A stretch of 64,000 bases of DNA from an uncultured Alistipes sp. (GCA_947364365.1 CANASP010000011.1:7354-71353), one strand, 5' to 3'. Shown: positions 10,960 to 21,088, numbered from the stretch's first letter. Program-made: numbers and translations. Notes: generated from the sequence alone by a model not told the origin.

Positions 10960-11535
10960 TCAGAACTGCACCGCAGGTGCGGCCGCAGCGCCCTCGGCCG
11001 CCTCGAAATAGGGTTTCTGCCCGAAGCCGAAGAGCCCGGCGACCAGGTTGGCCGGGAAACGGCGCACGGCGACGTTATAGGCCTTGGCCGCCTCATTGAA
11101 ATCGGCGCGGGCCACGGCGATGCGGTTCTCGGTACCCTCTATCTGCGCCTGCAGCTCCAGAAAATTCTGGTTGGCCTTCAGGTCGGGATAATTCTCGGCC
11201 ACGGCCAGCAGCCGGCCGAGCGCCGAACGCACCTCCGACTGAGCCTGCTGGTAGGCGGCCATCCGCTCGGGGGTCAGCTCGTCGGCCGACAGATTGATCG
11301 AGGTGGCTTTCGCGCGCGCCTCGACGACACCCTGGAGCGTCGCGCTCTCGTGCGCCGCATACCCCTTGACCGTATTGACCAGGTTGGGAACGAGGTCGGC
11401 ACGACGCTGGTACTGCGTCTCGACCTTCGACCAGGCCGTTTTCACAGCTTCGTCCTTGACCACGAATCCGTTGTAAGTAACGTAGAGGAAAATCGCCACG
11501 ACGGCGATCACCACGATCCAGATCCACTTTTTCAT
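10960..11535 (-). CDS. lemA: LemA family protein
   Basis: YQRRADLVPNLV, ENYPDLKANQNF and EGTENRIAVAR. Alternative ATG at 11553. Confidence 0.93.
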   Translation of the reverse strand: MKKWIWIVVIAVVAIFLYVTYNGFVVKDEAVKTAWSKVETQYQRRADLVPNLVNTVKGYAAHESATLQGVVEARAKATSINLSADELTPERMAAYQQAQSEVRSALGRLLAVAENYPDLKANQNFLELQAQIEGTENRIAVARADFNEAAKAYNVAVRRFPANLVAGLFGFGQKPYFEAAEGAAAAPAVQF

Positions 11536-11570
11536 TTTCAGACTATTTTTCATTCATTCAACTTTCCCGT

Positions 11571-12467
11571 TTACCATCGCGAACCGGCACCGCCGCCACC
11601 GAACGACCCGCCGCCGAAGCCGCCGCCGATCGATCCGCCGCCACCTCCGAACCCGCCGATCCCGCCGCCGATGAAGGGGCCCCGCCCCGCGCCGTTGTCG
11701 CGCATGTGCTTTTCGCGCCGCCGGACCACGCACCCGCAATGGGCGCAGACGTAGGTATACTCGACGGTGCGGCTCGCAGGAGTTGTCGCCACGACATGCG
11801 ACGCTTCGGACCGCAGCCCCAGCCGTCTGCACTGCGGGCAACGCCGGCGACGGACATATCCGAAGATGCCCAGCCCCAGCGGCAGGAAAAAGAAGAGGAC
11901 GATGAGCGAAACGATCGCCCCCGCGGCAAGCTCGTCGTCGTCCGTCTCCGGAGCGAAATCGAGGTCGCCGCTGCGCAGCACCTGCGCGACGGCCCCGATA
12001 CCGGCCAGCATGCCGCGGTCGTAATCGCCGTCGCGGAACGCGGGCAGCATGTAGTTGACCTGTATGCGTTTGCAGAGGGCATCGGGCAAAACGCCCTCCA
12101 GGCCTCCGCCGGTGACGAAGCGAATTTCGTGCCGGTCGCGGACGAGCAGGATTCCCAACCCGTTGTCGATTCCTTCGCGCCCCACGCCCCAGCGGCGGAA
12201 CAGCTCGATGGCGAAATCGAACACCGCATCGCCCGCGATATCGCCGACGGCGACGATGGCCACCTGGGCGATGCCGCGCTCGCGAAGCGACGCACAGATC
12301 GTGTCGAGCCGCATCGTGCATGCCGGCGAGAGGATCCCGTCGGGATCGGAGACATAGCGGTCGCGGTCGGCGAGCTGGACATTGGGAATCTCGTCCACGC
12401 GGTAGGCCCGCGCCCAGGCGCCCGAGGCGGCGAAAAGCAGGAGGCAACAGAGAAGGATGCGTTTCAT
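11571..12467 (-). CDS. TPM-domain membrane protein with Zn-ribbon and Gly-rich tail
   Basis: Signal peptide, YVSDPDGIL, WGVG...DNGLGILL, TGGGLEGVLPD, CPQC/CAHC and GGGSFGGGGAGSRW. Start at ATG 12467. Confidence 0.88.
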   Translation of the reverse strand: MKRILLCCLLLFAASGAWARAYRVDEIPNVQLADRDRYVSDPDGILSPACTMRLDTICASLRERGIAQVAIVAVGDIAGDAVFDFAIELFRRWGVGREGIDNGLGILLVRDRHEIRFVTGGGLEGVLPDALCKRIQVNYMLPAFRDGDYDRGMLAGIGAVAQVLRSGDLDFAPETDDDELAAGAIVSLIVLFFFLPLGLGIFGYVRRRRCPQCRRLGLRSEASHVVATTPASRTVEYTYVCAHCGCVVRRREKHMRDNGAGRGPFIGGGIGGFGGGGGSIGGGFGGGSFGGGGAGSRW

Positions 12468-12535
12468 AGGAGGACAATATACGAAAATTCCCCGACAAAT
12501 GCAAAATCCGCGCCCGACTGCCGGTCCCCGCCCCG

Positions 12536-13855
12536 CTACTCGTCGGCGGTCTGCTTCGCGAGGATCCGATAGCTCCACGGCGCCATGATCTCGTCGACGT
12601 GCGGCGGCAGATCGTAGTCGGCCCCCGTCATCGCGTCGGTATAGCGTCCGGCATAGATGCCCGTGCCGTATTGCGCACGGATCGTATAGGGCGACATGTT
12701 CAGGACGGCGACGACCCGGTTGCCCGCCACCTCGCGCACGAAGGTCATCAGGCAATCCTCGGCGTTGTTGCGGATCTCGATCATCTCGGCGCCGCGCTCC
12801 CCGGCAGCCAGCGCGGGATTGGCATGGCGCAACGCCGCGAGACGACGGTAGAGCGCCGTGAAGTCGTTGCCGACATAGCGCGCGGCGGGGATCGGGTCGC
12901 GGTCGAAGAAGGCGAACGAATGGTCGTAGCCCACCTCCTGCCCCGTGTAGACGAGCGGCAAGCCGCGCGGCACGACGAACGAGAAGGCCGCCATGATCTC
13001 GCGCGCGTCGCCCATGCGCGCGAATTCCGAGCCGCTCCACGAGTTTTCGTCATGGTTCGAAGTGAAGGTCAGACGCATCGCCCGGCGGGGGTAGCGCTCG
13101 CGGTCGGCGTAAAGGTAGTTGCGCAGCGCCGTCACACGCACGCGCTGCTGCGCCACGTCGCACATCAGGTGGTGCATCTCCCAGGCATAGCAGGCATCGA
13201 AGGCCCCCTCGTCGAACAGATAGGTCTCCTCGGCCTCGGCCAGCATGAACAGATCGGGCTTCAGAGCCCGCAGTCGGCGCGACGCCGCGCGCCAGAACTC
13301 GGCGGGAACCAACATCGCCATGTCGCAACGGAAGCCGTCGACGGCATGCTCCGTAAGCCAGAAGGCCATCGCATCGATCTGCGCCTCCCACACCGCCGGA
13401 TTGGCATAGTTGAGCTTGGCCGTATCGGTCCAGTCCCACGGCACGGCTGCCTCGCCGTCGGCATCGCGCTCGTACCAGTCGGCGGGTCGCTCGGCGATCC
13501 ACCGGGCGTCGCGGGCCGTGTGGTTGGCCACCCAGTCGAGCAGCACCTTCATGCCCAGGCGGTGTGCCTCGGCGACCAGGGCGTCGAAATCGGCCATCGT
13601 ACCCAACTCGGGATTGACGGCACAGTAGTCGCGGATCGAATAATAGGAGCCCAGCGAGCCCTTGCGGTTCTCCTCCCCGATGGGATAGACAGGCATGAGC
13701 CACACGGCGTCGATCCCCATCTCGCGCAGGAAGGGGAGCCGCCCGGCGGCGGCGCGCAACGTACCTTCGGGCGTCAGCTGACGCACATTCATCTCGTAAA
13801 TCACGGCCTGCGGGCTCCACCCGCAGCCTTCGCGGCGTTCGGTCATCGCTATCAT
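12536..13855 (-). CDS. GH13 alpha-amylase family glycosidase
   Basis: LDWVANH, DGFRCDMA, MLAEAE and TSNHDENSW conserved regions I-IV. Confidence 0.9.
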   Translation of the reverse strand: MIAMTERREGCGWSPQAVIYEMNVRQLTPEGTLRAAAGRLPFLREMGIDAVWLMPVYPIGEENRKGSLGSYYSIRDYCAVNPELGTMADFDALVAEAHRLGMKVLLDWVANHTARDARWIAERPADWYERDADGEAAVPWDWTDTAKLNYANPAVWEAQIDAMAFWLTEHAVDGFRCDMAMLVPAEFWRAASRRLRALKPDLFMLAEAEETYLFDEGAFDACYAWEMHHLMCDVAQQRVRVTALRNYLYADRERYPRRAMRLTFTSNHDENSWSGSEFARMGDAREIMAAFSFVVPRGLPLVYTGQEVGYDHSFAFFDRDPIPAARYVGNDFTALYRRLAALRHANPALAAGERGAEMIEIRNNAEDCLMTFVREVAGNRVVAVLNMSPYTIRAQYGTGIYAGRYTDAMTGADYDLPPHVDEIMAPWSYRILAKQTADE

Positions 13856-13860
13856 CTGTT

Positions 13861-13966
13861 CGGTTCGTTCGGTATGCCCGATCGGGTCGGGTCGTTCGAT
13901 CCATCCGATCGAACCGTTTTTTCAATCCTCTTGATCGGCCCGGTTCGTTCGACATGCCCGATCGGG
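13861..13966. repeat. pair of 26-bp direct repeats (24/26 identical), each containing palindrome CCCGATCGGG
   Basis: cggttcgttcggtatgcccgatcggg (13861-13886) and cggttcgttcgacatgcccgatcggg (13941-13966). Confidence 0.8.
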
Positions 13967-14061
13967 CTGCGAAATTACGATTTTTTTCGGAACCCGCACG
14001 CCTCTCCCACCGAATCCTCCGAATCCGCTCGCTCCGGCCCGACTCGAACCCAACTCAAACC

Positions 14062-14102
14062 CCAAAAACGAAGCAGGGTGCGGACCGATGCCCGCACCCT
14101 GC
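14062..14102 (-). terminator. intrinsic terminator at the end of the polysaccharide locus
   Basis: 11-bp stem GCAGGGTGCGG/CCGCACCCTGC followed by TTCGTTTTT on the minus strand. Confidence 0.75.
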
Positions 14103-14126
14103 ATATTCATTCACCCGGGTCGATCG

Positions 14127-15305
14127 CTACAAAGAATCCTTGCGCCGTATCCGGATCGGAATCGCGTCGGAAGGAATTGCGTCGACAACGAGCGCGAGAT
14201 AGCCGCCGCCACCGGCCCCGGACATTTTCCAGGCCAAGGCCCGACTGCTCCAACGATCGATAAACTCCTCGACACCGGGTTGCATCATCGCCGGGAACAT
14301 CGCGATCTGCGCTTCGAAGGAGTCCCGGTAAGCCCGGGCGAATGCCGACAGCTCCCGGGCGAGAATGGCCTGCCAGCAACGTTCCGCCGCCCCTGTCAGC
14401 CGGGCGACCTTCTCCGGAACGACATCCCGGTTCTCCACCACCGAGCACCCCTCCCGGCGAGGGAACATCGGGACGAGACACAAATGGCTCTCCAGCCAAC
14501 GGAGCACCTCCTCATCGTGGCACGACTCGATGCGAGAGGGCCAATAATGGCCGTCGTAATAGTGGCGCGTCAGCCCCGACATGCAGATACCGATGGCATC
14601 CTGAGCTCCGGATACATACCCCTCCTTCTCCGGGTCGTTTTCAAAGCAGAAGAGCAATCGCGCCAGCATCTCCTCGTTATAGGCCGGAAGTTCATAAGGC
14701 CAGATACGACGGGCCGAATTACGCGTCGAGGTCGACATACCGCCCCGCTCCATGAATTCGACAGTCGGTTCGAGCGAGATGGTCAGCGCCCAGCCCGCCT
14801 CATAACGCGAAACATAGGGCTGGTCGATCCAGGTCCCCGCCAAATCGAGACGATACGGGAGCCGGGATTTGACACCGGAGCGCAATGAAGTCGTGGAACG
14901 AGCCTCCAGCCCTGCGTCGGGAGTCCGTTCCAATTCGATATACTCGATCCCTCGTTCCTGGCAGAACCGGCGTTTCGTATCGGAGCCGCCATCGCTGTTA
15001 ACGACAAATATATCCGGTTTAATCCGATCGACCGTCTCCACGAAGTCCATCATGCCGGATCCGGGGTTGATGCAGGCATCCGTCACATACCGGATCGCAC
15101 GGACCATATAAAGACGCTCCTTTTCGGAGTAGACCGTCTTGCGGTTCTTCAGCTCCTGAATTGTCGCGTCGGAGCCGATCCCCACATACAGATCGCCATA
15201 GCGCGACGCCTCCTTGAAAAATGCCACATGCCCGCTATGAAGCATATCGTAACACCCGGAAACGAACACACGTTTCCGGGATTTGTCATCCGACCGATTT
15301 TGCAT
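14127..15305 (-). CDS. cytidylyltransferase-like + GHMP-kinase-like fusion protein
   Basis: N-terminal SGCYDMLHSGH (HxGH); C-terminal RLDLAGTWID, SGAQD and WKMSGAGGGGY. Confidence 0.85.
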   Translation of the reverse strand: MQNRSDDKSRKRVFVSGCYDMLHSGHVAFFKEASRYGDLYVGIGSDATIQELKNRKTVYSEKERLYMVRAIRYVTDACINPGSGMMDFVETVDRIKPDIFVVNSDGGSDTKRRFCQERGIEYIELERTPDAGLEARSTTSLRSGVKSRLPYRLDLAGTWIDQPYVSRYEAGWALTISLEPTVEFMERGGMSTSTRNSARRIWPYELPAYNEEMLARLLFCFENDPEKEGYVSGAQDAIGICMSGLTRHYYDGHYWPSRIESCHDEEVLRWLESHLCLVPMFPRREGCSVVENRDVVPEKVARLTGAAERCWQAILARELSAFARAYRDSFEAQIAMFPAMMQPGVEEFIDRWSSRALAWKMSGAGGGGYLALVVDAIPSDAIPIRIRRKDSL

Positions 15306-15350
15306 AATATAGTGAATTAGGATTGAAAAGTCTGCGGAACAAGGCAGCGC

Positions 15351-16121
15351 TCAGAAAAGAGACCTCGCCCTGCCAATTGCGACCTCGACGATTTTATATA
15401 GATACCGTGCCCCTTCAAAAAAATAATTGGAATATATGCCGTTTTTACGATATGCCCTCATGTGGTCCCTTATGATTTTGCGATGGCTTGCGAAACCCGA
15501 GGTGGATGCGCCCCCCGTTCGCATGGTCACAAAATCCATCGGAATATATCTCATCCGAATCCCCCTCAAAAAGATCACGCGTAGCAATTGCTCGAAATCG
15601 GCAGCAACACGGAACGAAGTATCAAACAATCCGCCATCGAGATAGATATCACGCCTGCAATAAAACGAAGGGTGCGCCGGCATAAAACCCATTCGCATCA
15701 TCCACGGGCAAAAAAAACGCGACGAATAATATCGCACACATCGAGACATATCATCCGGCTCTACATAATGAATATCTCCATATACGGCATCGACATTCGC
15801 CACCTCGGATGCCACCCGTTCAAGCACATGGCTGTCGGAATAGAAATCATCACTATTCAAAATTCCCACAACATCTCCCGAAGTCATCGCAATGCCTTTA
15901 TTCATCGCATCATAAATTCCCTTGTCGGGTTCGGAAATCCATCGCATCCTTCCTCGAAACCTCGGCTCATACCTACGCACAATATCCAACGTATCATCCT
16001 TGCTCGCCCCGTCGACAATGATATATTCAATGTCGTCATACGTCTGCGCCAGCACGCTTTCGATAGTGTCACGAAGTGTCTTACCGCTATTATACGTAGC
16101 GGTAATAATCGAGATGGTCAT
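15351..16121 (-). CDS. glycosyltransferase family 2 (WcaE-like)
   Basis: ISIITATYN, VDGASKD, SEPDKGIYDAMNKG and LNSDD. Confidence 0.9.
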   Translation of the reverse strand: MTISIITATYNSGKTLRDTIESVLAQTYDDIEYIIVDGASKDDTLDIVRRYEPRFRGRMRWISEPDKGIYDAMNKGIAMTSGDVVGILNSDDFYSDSHVLERVASEVANVDAVYGDIHYVEPDDMSRCVRYYSSRFFCPWMMRMGFMPAHPSFYCRRDIYLDGGLFDTSFRVAADFEQLLRVIFLRGIRMRYIPMDFVTMRTGGASTSGFASHRKIIRDHMRAYRKNGIYSNYFFEGARYLYKIVEVAIGRARSLF

Positions 16122-16130
16122 ATCAGTATT

Positions 16131-16681
16131 TTAAATGTGCTTGATGATCTTCGCCGGATTGCCGGCTATTATGCAATTGTCTGGGAAAACGCCATGAACG
16201 ACACTCCCCGCACCGACTACGACATTCGATCCCAATGTCGTCCCCTTCAGGATGATGCTGTTCATTCCGATAAAACAATTGTCGCCGATGACGATCGGAG
16301 CACGCCGAGTATATTGCTCATTAAGTCCCAAGCGCCTCTGTTCGGGATCGAGAGGATGAAAATCATTGTCGATGATCTTGCAATTGGCTCCGATCGTTGC
16401 ATTCTTACCAATTTTAATCGACGAGGTCGAATAAATGGTCGTACCGGAAATTCCAAACCCGTCGCCGATCTCAATATTTCCCCCGTAGCGGGCTATAATG
16501 ACCGTTCTTTGCCACAGGCCGAGCATGTTGCTGGTCGAAGAGGAATTCAAAATCCCCCCCCCTCAAATCGGACACGACTACCAGGGAACGAGAAGATTAC
16601 ACAAAAACCTTTGAACCGGATGGTACGCTTTGTCAGTTTATGGTAATAGTACAACAGATGGAAAATTATCGAACGGAACAT
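16131..16681 (-). pseudogene. hexapeptide-repeat acetyltransferase, frameshifted at a G9 tract
   Basis: ATG 16681 gives MFRSIIF...RVRFEGGGF*. One extra G in the tract (C9 at 16554-16562 on +) joins it to ILNSSSTSN...IIDNDFH...IGDNCFIG...AGNPAKIIKHI. Confidence 0.75.
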
Positions 16682-16686
16682 AGCGG

Positions 16687-17880
16687 TCAGATTAGAGAAT
16701 CGTACAATTGAATATATTTTGCAAAAACCTTGTTTTTATCATAATGAAGAAGCGCTCGCGCCCTACAATCGGACACTTTGAATGGCGATTTTTCACAAGT
16801 TTCAATCACCTTCGCCGATAAGGCGTCTATGTCCTGATAAGCAACGACAAAACCGGTCGCATCATCGATAGCTTCCGGCGATCCTCCCGTTCGGTAGGTT
16901 ATGACAGGCGTTCCGCAGGCCAGGGCTTCTAAATTCGTGGTAGGGAAATTATCCTCCAGGGTTGGATTCACGAATACATCCGCCATATTATAGAGAGCGA
17001 CAAGCTGCGCCACGCTCTCCGTGCGTCTTATTCCTGTGATACCATTCGGAAGCGTTGAAATCTGATCCTGGGAAAGCCCCACCAAGATGATTACATAGTC
17101 ATCCGACAACCGCTCACGAAGCCGTACGAATTCCTCGAGTCCTTTTCTTCGGTCCCAAACACTCGCCACGCCCAGCACGACTTTCTTGTCGGTTTCTTCA
17201 ACGTTTTTTTTTACGACAGGATGAAAAAGATCGGTATCGATACCGTTGTGGATTGTAACAGCCGGATATGCTTTCAAGAAAGACTTCGCTAACTCATGCC
17301 TCAACCAATTTGAGACCGGCACGAAAGTAAGATTCGGCAACTCCAGAAAGGCCCTCCTTTTATCCCGAAAATTTTTCATGCTGCGATCTTTCCATACGGA
17401 AGCTGGATAGGCTTTCAGTTGAGGACAATCGTGACATTCCTTTTTCCATCTATCACATCGTGAATAATCATAATACGCGCAATGCCCGGTAAATGGCCAG
17501 CAGTCATGTAACGTCCACACCACGGGCCCACCCCAAGCCTTTAAAAAGTCAAACAGAAGCGGGTAATTCAAATAATAGCCATGAATATTGTGAAGATGGA
17601 TTAAATCCGGCTTTAACGCGCTAACCTGTTCAATAAATTTTCGTGTCACACGGGCAGAGGCAAGCCCATGATCATCAAAAAGCCGACTACGGATCCCGTG
17701 CAGCCGCATATCCCAGTCATTACCGATTCTGATCAGATTAGAAGCACTTTGCGAATTCCCGCGACCATACGCAATCCAGCTCTCCCAGCCGGCTCGAATC
17801 ACCAATTTTCCTATATCTTCAGCTATTCTCCCCGTAGAGCCCCAGTTAGCCGTAACGTTGATCTGAAGTAGCTTTGACAT
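16687..17880 (-). CDS. glycosyltransferase family 4 (WcaC-like)
   Basis: GSTGRI, HLHNIHG, WTLHDCWPFTGHC and EDNFPTTNLEALACG. Confidence 0.9.
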   Translation of the reverse strand: MSKLLQINVTANWGSTGRIAEDIGKLVIRAGWESWIAYGRGNSQSASNLIRIGNDWDMRLHGIRSRLFDDHGLASARVTRKFIEQVSALKPDLIHLHNIHGYYLNYPLLFDFLKAWGGPVVWTLHDCWPFTGHCAYYDYSRCDRWKKECHDCPQLKAYPASVWKDRSMKNFRDKRRAFLELPNLTFVPVSNWLRHELAKSFLKAYPAVTIHNGIDTDLFHPVVKKNVEETDKKVVLGVASVWDRRKGLEEFVRLRERLSDDYVIILVGLSQDQISTLPNGITGIRRTESVAQLVALYNMADVFVNPTLEDNFPTTNLEALACGTPVITYRTGGSPEAIDDATGFVVAYQDIDALSAKVIETCEKSPFKVSDCRARALLHYDKNKVFAKYIQLYDSLI

Positions 17881-17883
17881 AAC

Positions 17884-18645
17884 CTAAATTATATTCCTAC
17901 GATATTTTTTTTGCTGCATAAAATACAACAATGATTGTGGGATACAACCATAAATGCTCTGCTTGACTTGACTTTTACATAAGCCCCAATAATAGCGAAA
18001 TCCTGTTATGCCTTTAATCCGAGCGTTTTCCTTATAAATAAGAGACACATTGTTAGACAACCCATACATGTCATATTTGGCAATCGGCAAATCCACATAA
18101 AGAAAAGTTTTTTTCTGTTTATATAGGGAATAGATACAATTCTGATCAGCTAATATTCTAAATGTCGTATCGAACGGCATCTTTTTCATAAGAGAGGTCT
18201 TTACAAATGTACTCTGATGCCCGAATGGCATCCCAACACTATGATCCGAGAAATATTCACTCTTTCTCAACACGTCCCCCCACTTATAACATTTTATTTC
18301 GTCGCCAAAAATGACATCATAATCACGGGAGTCTATCCGTGCGGCAAGATTCCGAAGGACTGCATCATCTACAAATATATCTCCTGCATTCATAAAGTTG
18401 ATATATTCACCTGATGCATTAGCAATACCCTTATTCATTGCATCATAGACTCCAGAATCAGGTTCTGATATCAATACATCTATTTTATTCGAATATTGCT
18501 TTAATATATCCATTGTACCATCTTTAGAGGCACCATCTATTACAATATACTCAATGTTATTATATCTTTGTGATAAAACCGATTGTAGCGTACGTTCTAT
18601 GACATCACCTGCATTGTAACATACTGTTACGATGGAAAATTTCAT
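17884..18645 (-). CDS. glycosyltransferase family 2
   Basis: MKFSIVTVCYN, IDGASKDGT, SEPDSGVYDAMNKG and FMNAGD. Confidence 0.88.
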   Translation of the reverse strand: MKFSIVTVCYNAGDVIERTLQSVLSQRYNNIEYIVIDGASKDGTMDILKQYSNKIDVLISEPDSGVYDAMNKGIANASGEYINFMNAGDIFVDDAVLRNLAARIDSRDYDVIFGDEIKCYKWGDVLRKSEYFSDHSVGMPFGHQSTFVKTSLMKKMPFDTTFRILADQNCIYSLYKQKKTFLYVDLPIAKYDMYGLSNNVSLIYKENARIKGITGFRYYWGLCKSQVKQSIYGCIPQSLLYFMQQKKYRRNII

Positions 18646-19816
18646 CACAGGAGATAGGTTTTTTTCGCAATCCATAAGCACATATTATAAAGAACAAATA
18701 CATCGTTATAAAATAGATAAAAAAACACGAGAATGGACGTTGCAAATAACCAATCACAAGTATAATCCAGCAAACTAGACTATCCTTTTGTTTTAAACAC
18801 AATGGGAAAGCAAATAATAATGGCAAATACAAGAATATTCCCCCAATTATTCCATCAATCGCAAAAGGTGTTATTGGATTATCTCCACTATACGAATCTA
18901 AATTACTAAAGGCAGTTGCACCAATACCCAAAAAAGGATACTGAAAGAATATCTCAAAAGCATTTTCCATTAGGCCAGATCTGTTGTCTCCAGTCATAGT
19001 TCCATCATTACCAAACTCCAACCGGCCTAAAGTCAACCTATATATAATCTCATAATCAGTATCCTGCAATGCATTAACAAACACTACAACTCCCACAAAA
19101 ACACTTGTGATAATAAATATTGTACTAATTTTTTTCACCTTAAACGCCAATAAATAAACACATAATTGAATATAATAGGCTAATGAAAATGTAAATGCAA
19201 GACTAACCAACAGCACCCGTTCTATTTTGACATTTTTGATATATAAAATATTATATATCAATGCAAACACCCCCCAAAAAGCCATACTTCCAGGTTCATC
19301 AAAGAAACCGGAGTACCTAATAAACCGATCAATTTTTGTATTAGTGCATGATATGCCATAGAAATAACCAGTACGACCATCTGCATTAACATATTCAAGT
19401 AATGGTTGACGGTTGAACAACATTACCCCCAAGAAGGCAACACATCCACCAATACCCATCCATAAAATAACTTTATTATACGTAGAAACAAATTTATATA
19501 TCCCCTCTTTAATATTCCATAAACACATCAATAATAGGTAAGTATCTACCAAAAAAACAATTCGGGTAATATAGCTACCATCCGCATGATAAACCGACAT
19601 TAAGAACCAAAATACACCTTGAATAAAGATTAAATAGCTAAGCGACGCCGGAAGCTGTGAAATATGTTTTTTATGTAAAAGAAATAGAAAATAAATACCA
19701 ACAAACAATAGAACTATGACCTGCGGGCCCGGAATGGGGAAAATAACAGGAATCACAGACGGAATTAACAACAGAATATTAATTACGCCTAACACAGGAA
19801 GGAAATACTTAATCAT
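18605..19816 (-). CDS. wzy: putative polysaccharide polymerase Wzy
   Basis: Multi-TM protein with RYSGFFDEPG and PFLGIG motifs inside the polysaccharide locus. Start uncertain (see findings). Confidence 0.7.
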   Translation of the reverse strand: MIKYFLPVLGVINILLLIPSVIPVIFPIPGPQVIVLLFVGIYFLFLLHKKHISQLPASLSYLIFIQGVFWFLMSVYHADGSYITRIVFLVDTYLLLMCLWNIKEGIYKFVSTYNKVILWMGIGGCVAFLGVMLFNRQPLLEYVNADGRTGYFYGISCTNTKIDRFIRYSGFFDEPGSMAFWGVFALIYNILYIKNVKIERVLLVSLAFTFSLAYYIQLCVYLLAFKVKKISTIFIITSVFVGVVVFVNALQDTDYEIIYRLTLGRLEFGNDGTMTGDNRSGLMENAFEIFFQYPFLGIGATAFSNLDSYSGDNPITPFAIDGIIGGIFLYLPLLFAFPLCLKQKDSLVCWIILVIGYLQRPFSCFFIYFITMYLFFIICAYGLRKKPISCDEIFHRNSMLQCR

Positions 19817-19867
19817 CAACAATGGGATGAACGATAAACAACGACCAGGATGCAAGCCATCATATGA

Positions 19868-21088
19868 TTAAATACATATACTCAAAGTCTTCTTAATATT
19901 TGAATACACATTGTTTTTTTGAATAAACCTTATTGCATTTTTAGAATAATCTATAGAATAAGCACTATTCAATATTTTAATTATGGCATTTCGCAGTTTC
20001 AAACTATCATAACACGACACTAATATTCCATTAACCCCATCTTGTATAATCTCGGGAATTCCTCCAGTAGCAAATCCGACACAAGGTAGTCCACATGCCA
20101 TTGCCTCAACTAATACATTCGGATAATTATCAGCCAGCGAAGGTGTGACGAAAACATCGCAGGCACTATATAAATCAACCAATTTGTCTACATCACTAAT
20201 ACGTCCTAACGAATAAAGGGGAACTTCTATCTGAGACTGTATATCCTCCTCAACATTACCATATATAACACATTCTGCATCAGCAATTGGATCCTTCAAC
20301 GCATCGCGCAAATAATCCCATCCTTTATATGGACTATGAATATTATCAGCACCGAAAAGAATCAACTTTTTATCAATCGGCAAACCTAATCGCTTTCTGG
20401 CAGCTGATTTATCTCGCCGGCAAAATACATTAGTATCTAAAACATTAGGCACGACATCCACGTTGTGATCTTTAAATAGGCCGCTTCTTTTTACTTGATT
20501 GGCAAGCCACCTACTGGGTGTCAGAAATGACAGATTCGAATATGGTGAAAGCCTTCGAAGTTTTTCTTCATATTGCCAATATGATAGATCTTTCACTCTA
20601 TGATGTCCTTGCTTATTGTTATACATCGGACAGGCGCCACAATGCGTTTGAAATTTATCGCATTCAAAAGAATGATGACACCCCCCGGTTATCGGCCACA
20701 TATCGTGCATGAACCAATATACCTGTTTGCTCGATTCAAGTATTTTTTCTATAGACCGAATTGAGGCAGTAAATCCATTTATCCAATGCAGGATTACAAT
20801 ATCTGCATTTTTGACTGACGGTTCTGAGCTAATATCGCCGCCATAATGATTCCAAGACCATACCGCATAGAACCTCGCCTCTAACATCAGAAATTTATTG
20901 ATAGCTTTTCCCAGCCAAAACTTTACACTTGGTTTCTTAAGCTGAATTATCCCCTCATCTTCCGAACGTTTATCCAACACCAGCATTTTCGACTCAATCC
21001 CCATTTGCTTCATCGCTTCATGGTGACGATATGCGGCTATAGCAGCTCCTCCTTGTTTATCAGAGTAACTAATATGGACTACTTTCAT
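19868..21088 (-). CDS. glycosyltransferase family 4
   Basis: GGAAIAAYR, HDMWPITGGCH and DNYPNVLVEAMACG. Confidence 0.9.
   Translation of the reverse strand: MKVVHISYSDKQGGAAIAAYRHHEAMKQMGIESKMLVLDKRSEDEGIIQLKKPSVKFWLGKAINKFLMLEARFYAVWSWNHYGGDISSEPSVKNADIVILHWINGFTASIRSIEKILESSKQVYWFMHDMWPITGGCHHSFECDKFQTHCGACPMYNNKQGHHRVKDLSYWQYEEKLRRLSPYSNLSFLTPSRWLANQVKRSGLFKDHNVDVVPNVLDTNVFCRRDKSAARKRLGLPIDKKLILFGADNIHSPYKGWDYLRDALKDPIADAECVIYGNVEEDIQSQIEVPLYSLGRISDVDKLVDLYSACDVFVTPSLADNYPNVLVEAMACGLPCVGFATGGIPEIIQDGVNGILVSCYDSLKLRNAIIKILNSAYSIDYSKNAIRFIQKNNVYSNIKKTLSICI

Noticed and set aside
17204-17212. A9 run within the GT4 gene (and T8 at 15710-15717 in the GT2)
   Set aside because: Both genes are in frame, and A/T runs of this length are unremarkable in AT-rich DNA without read evidence.
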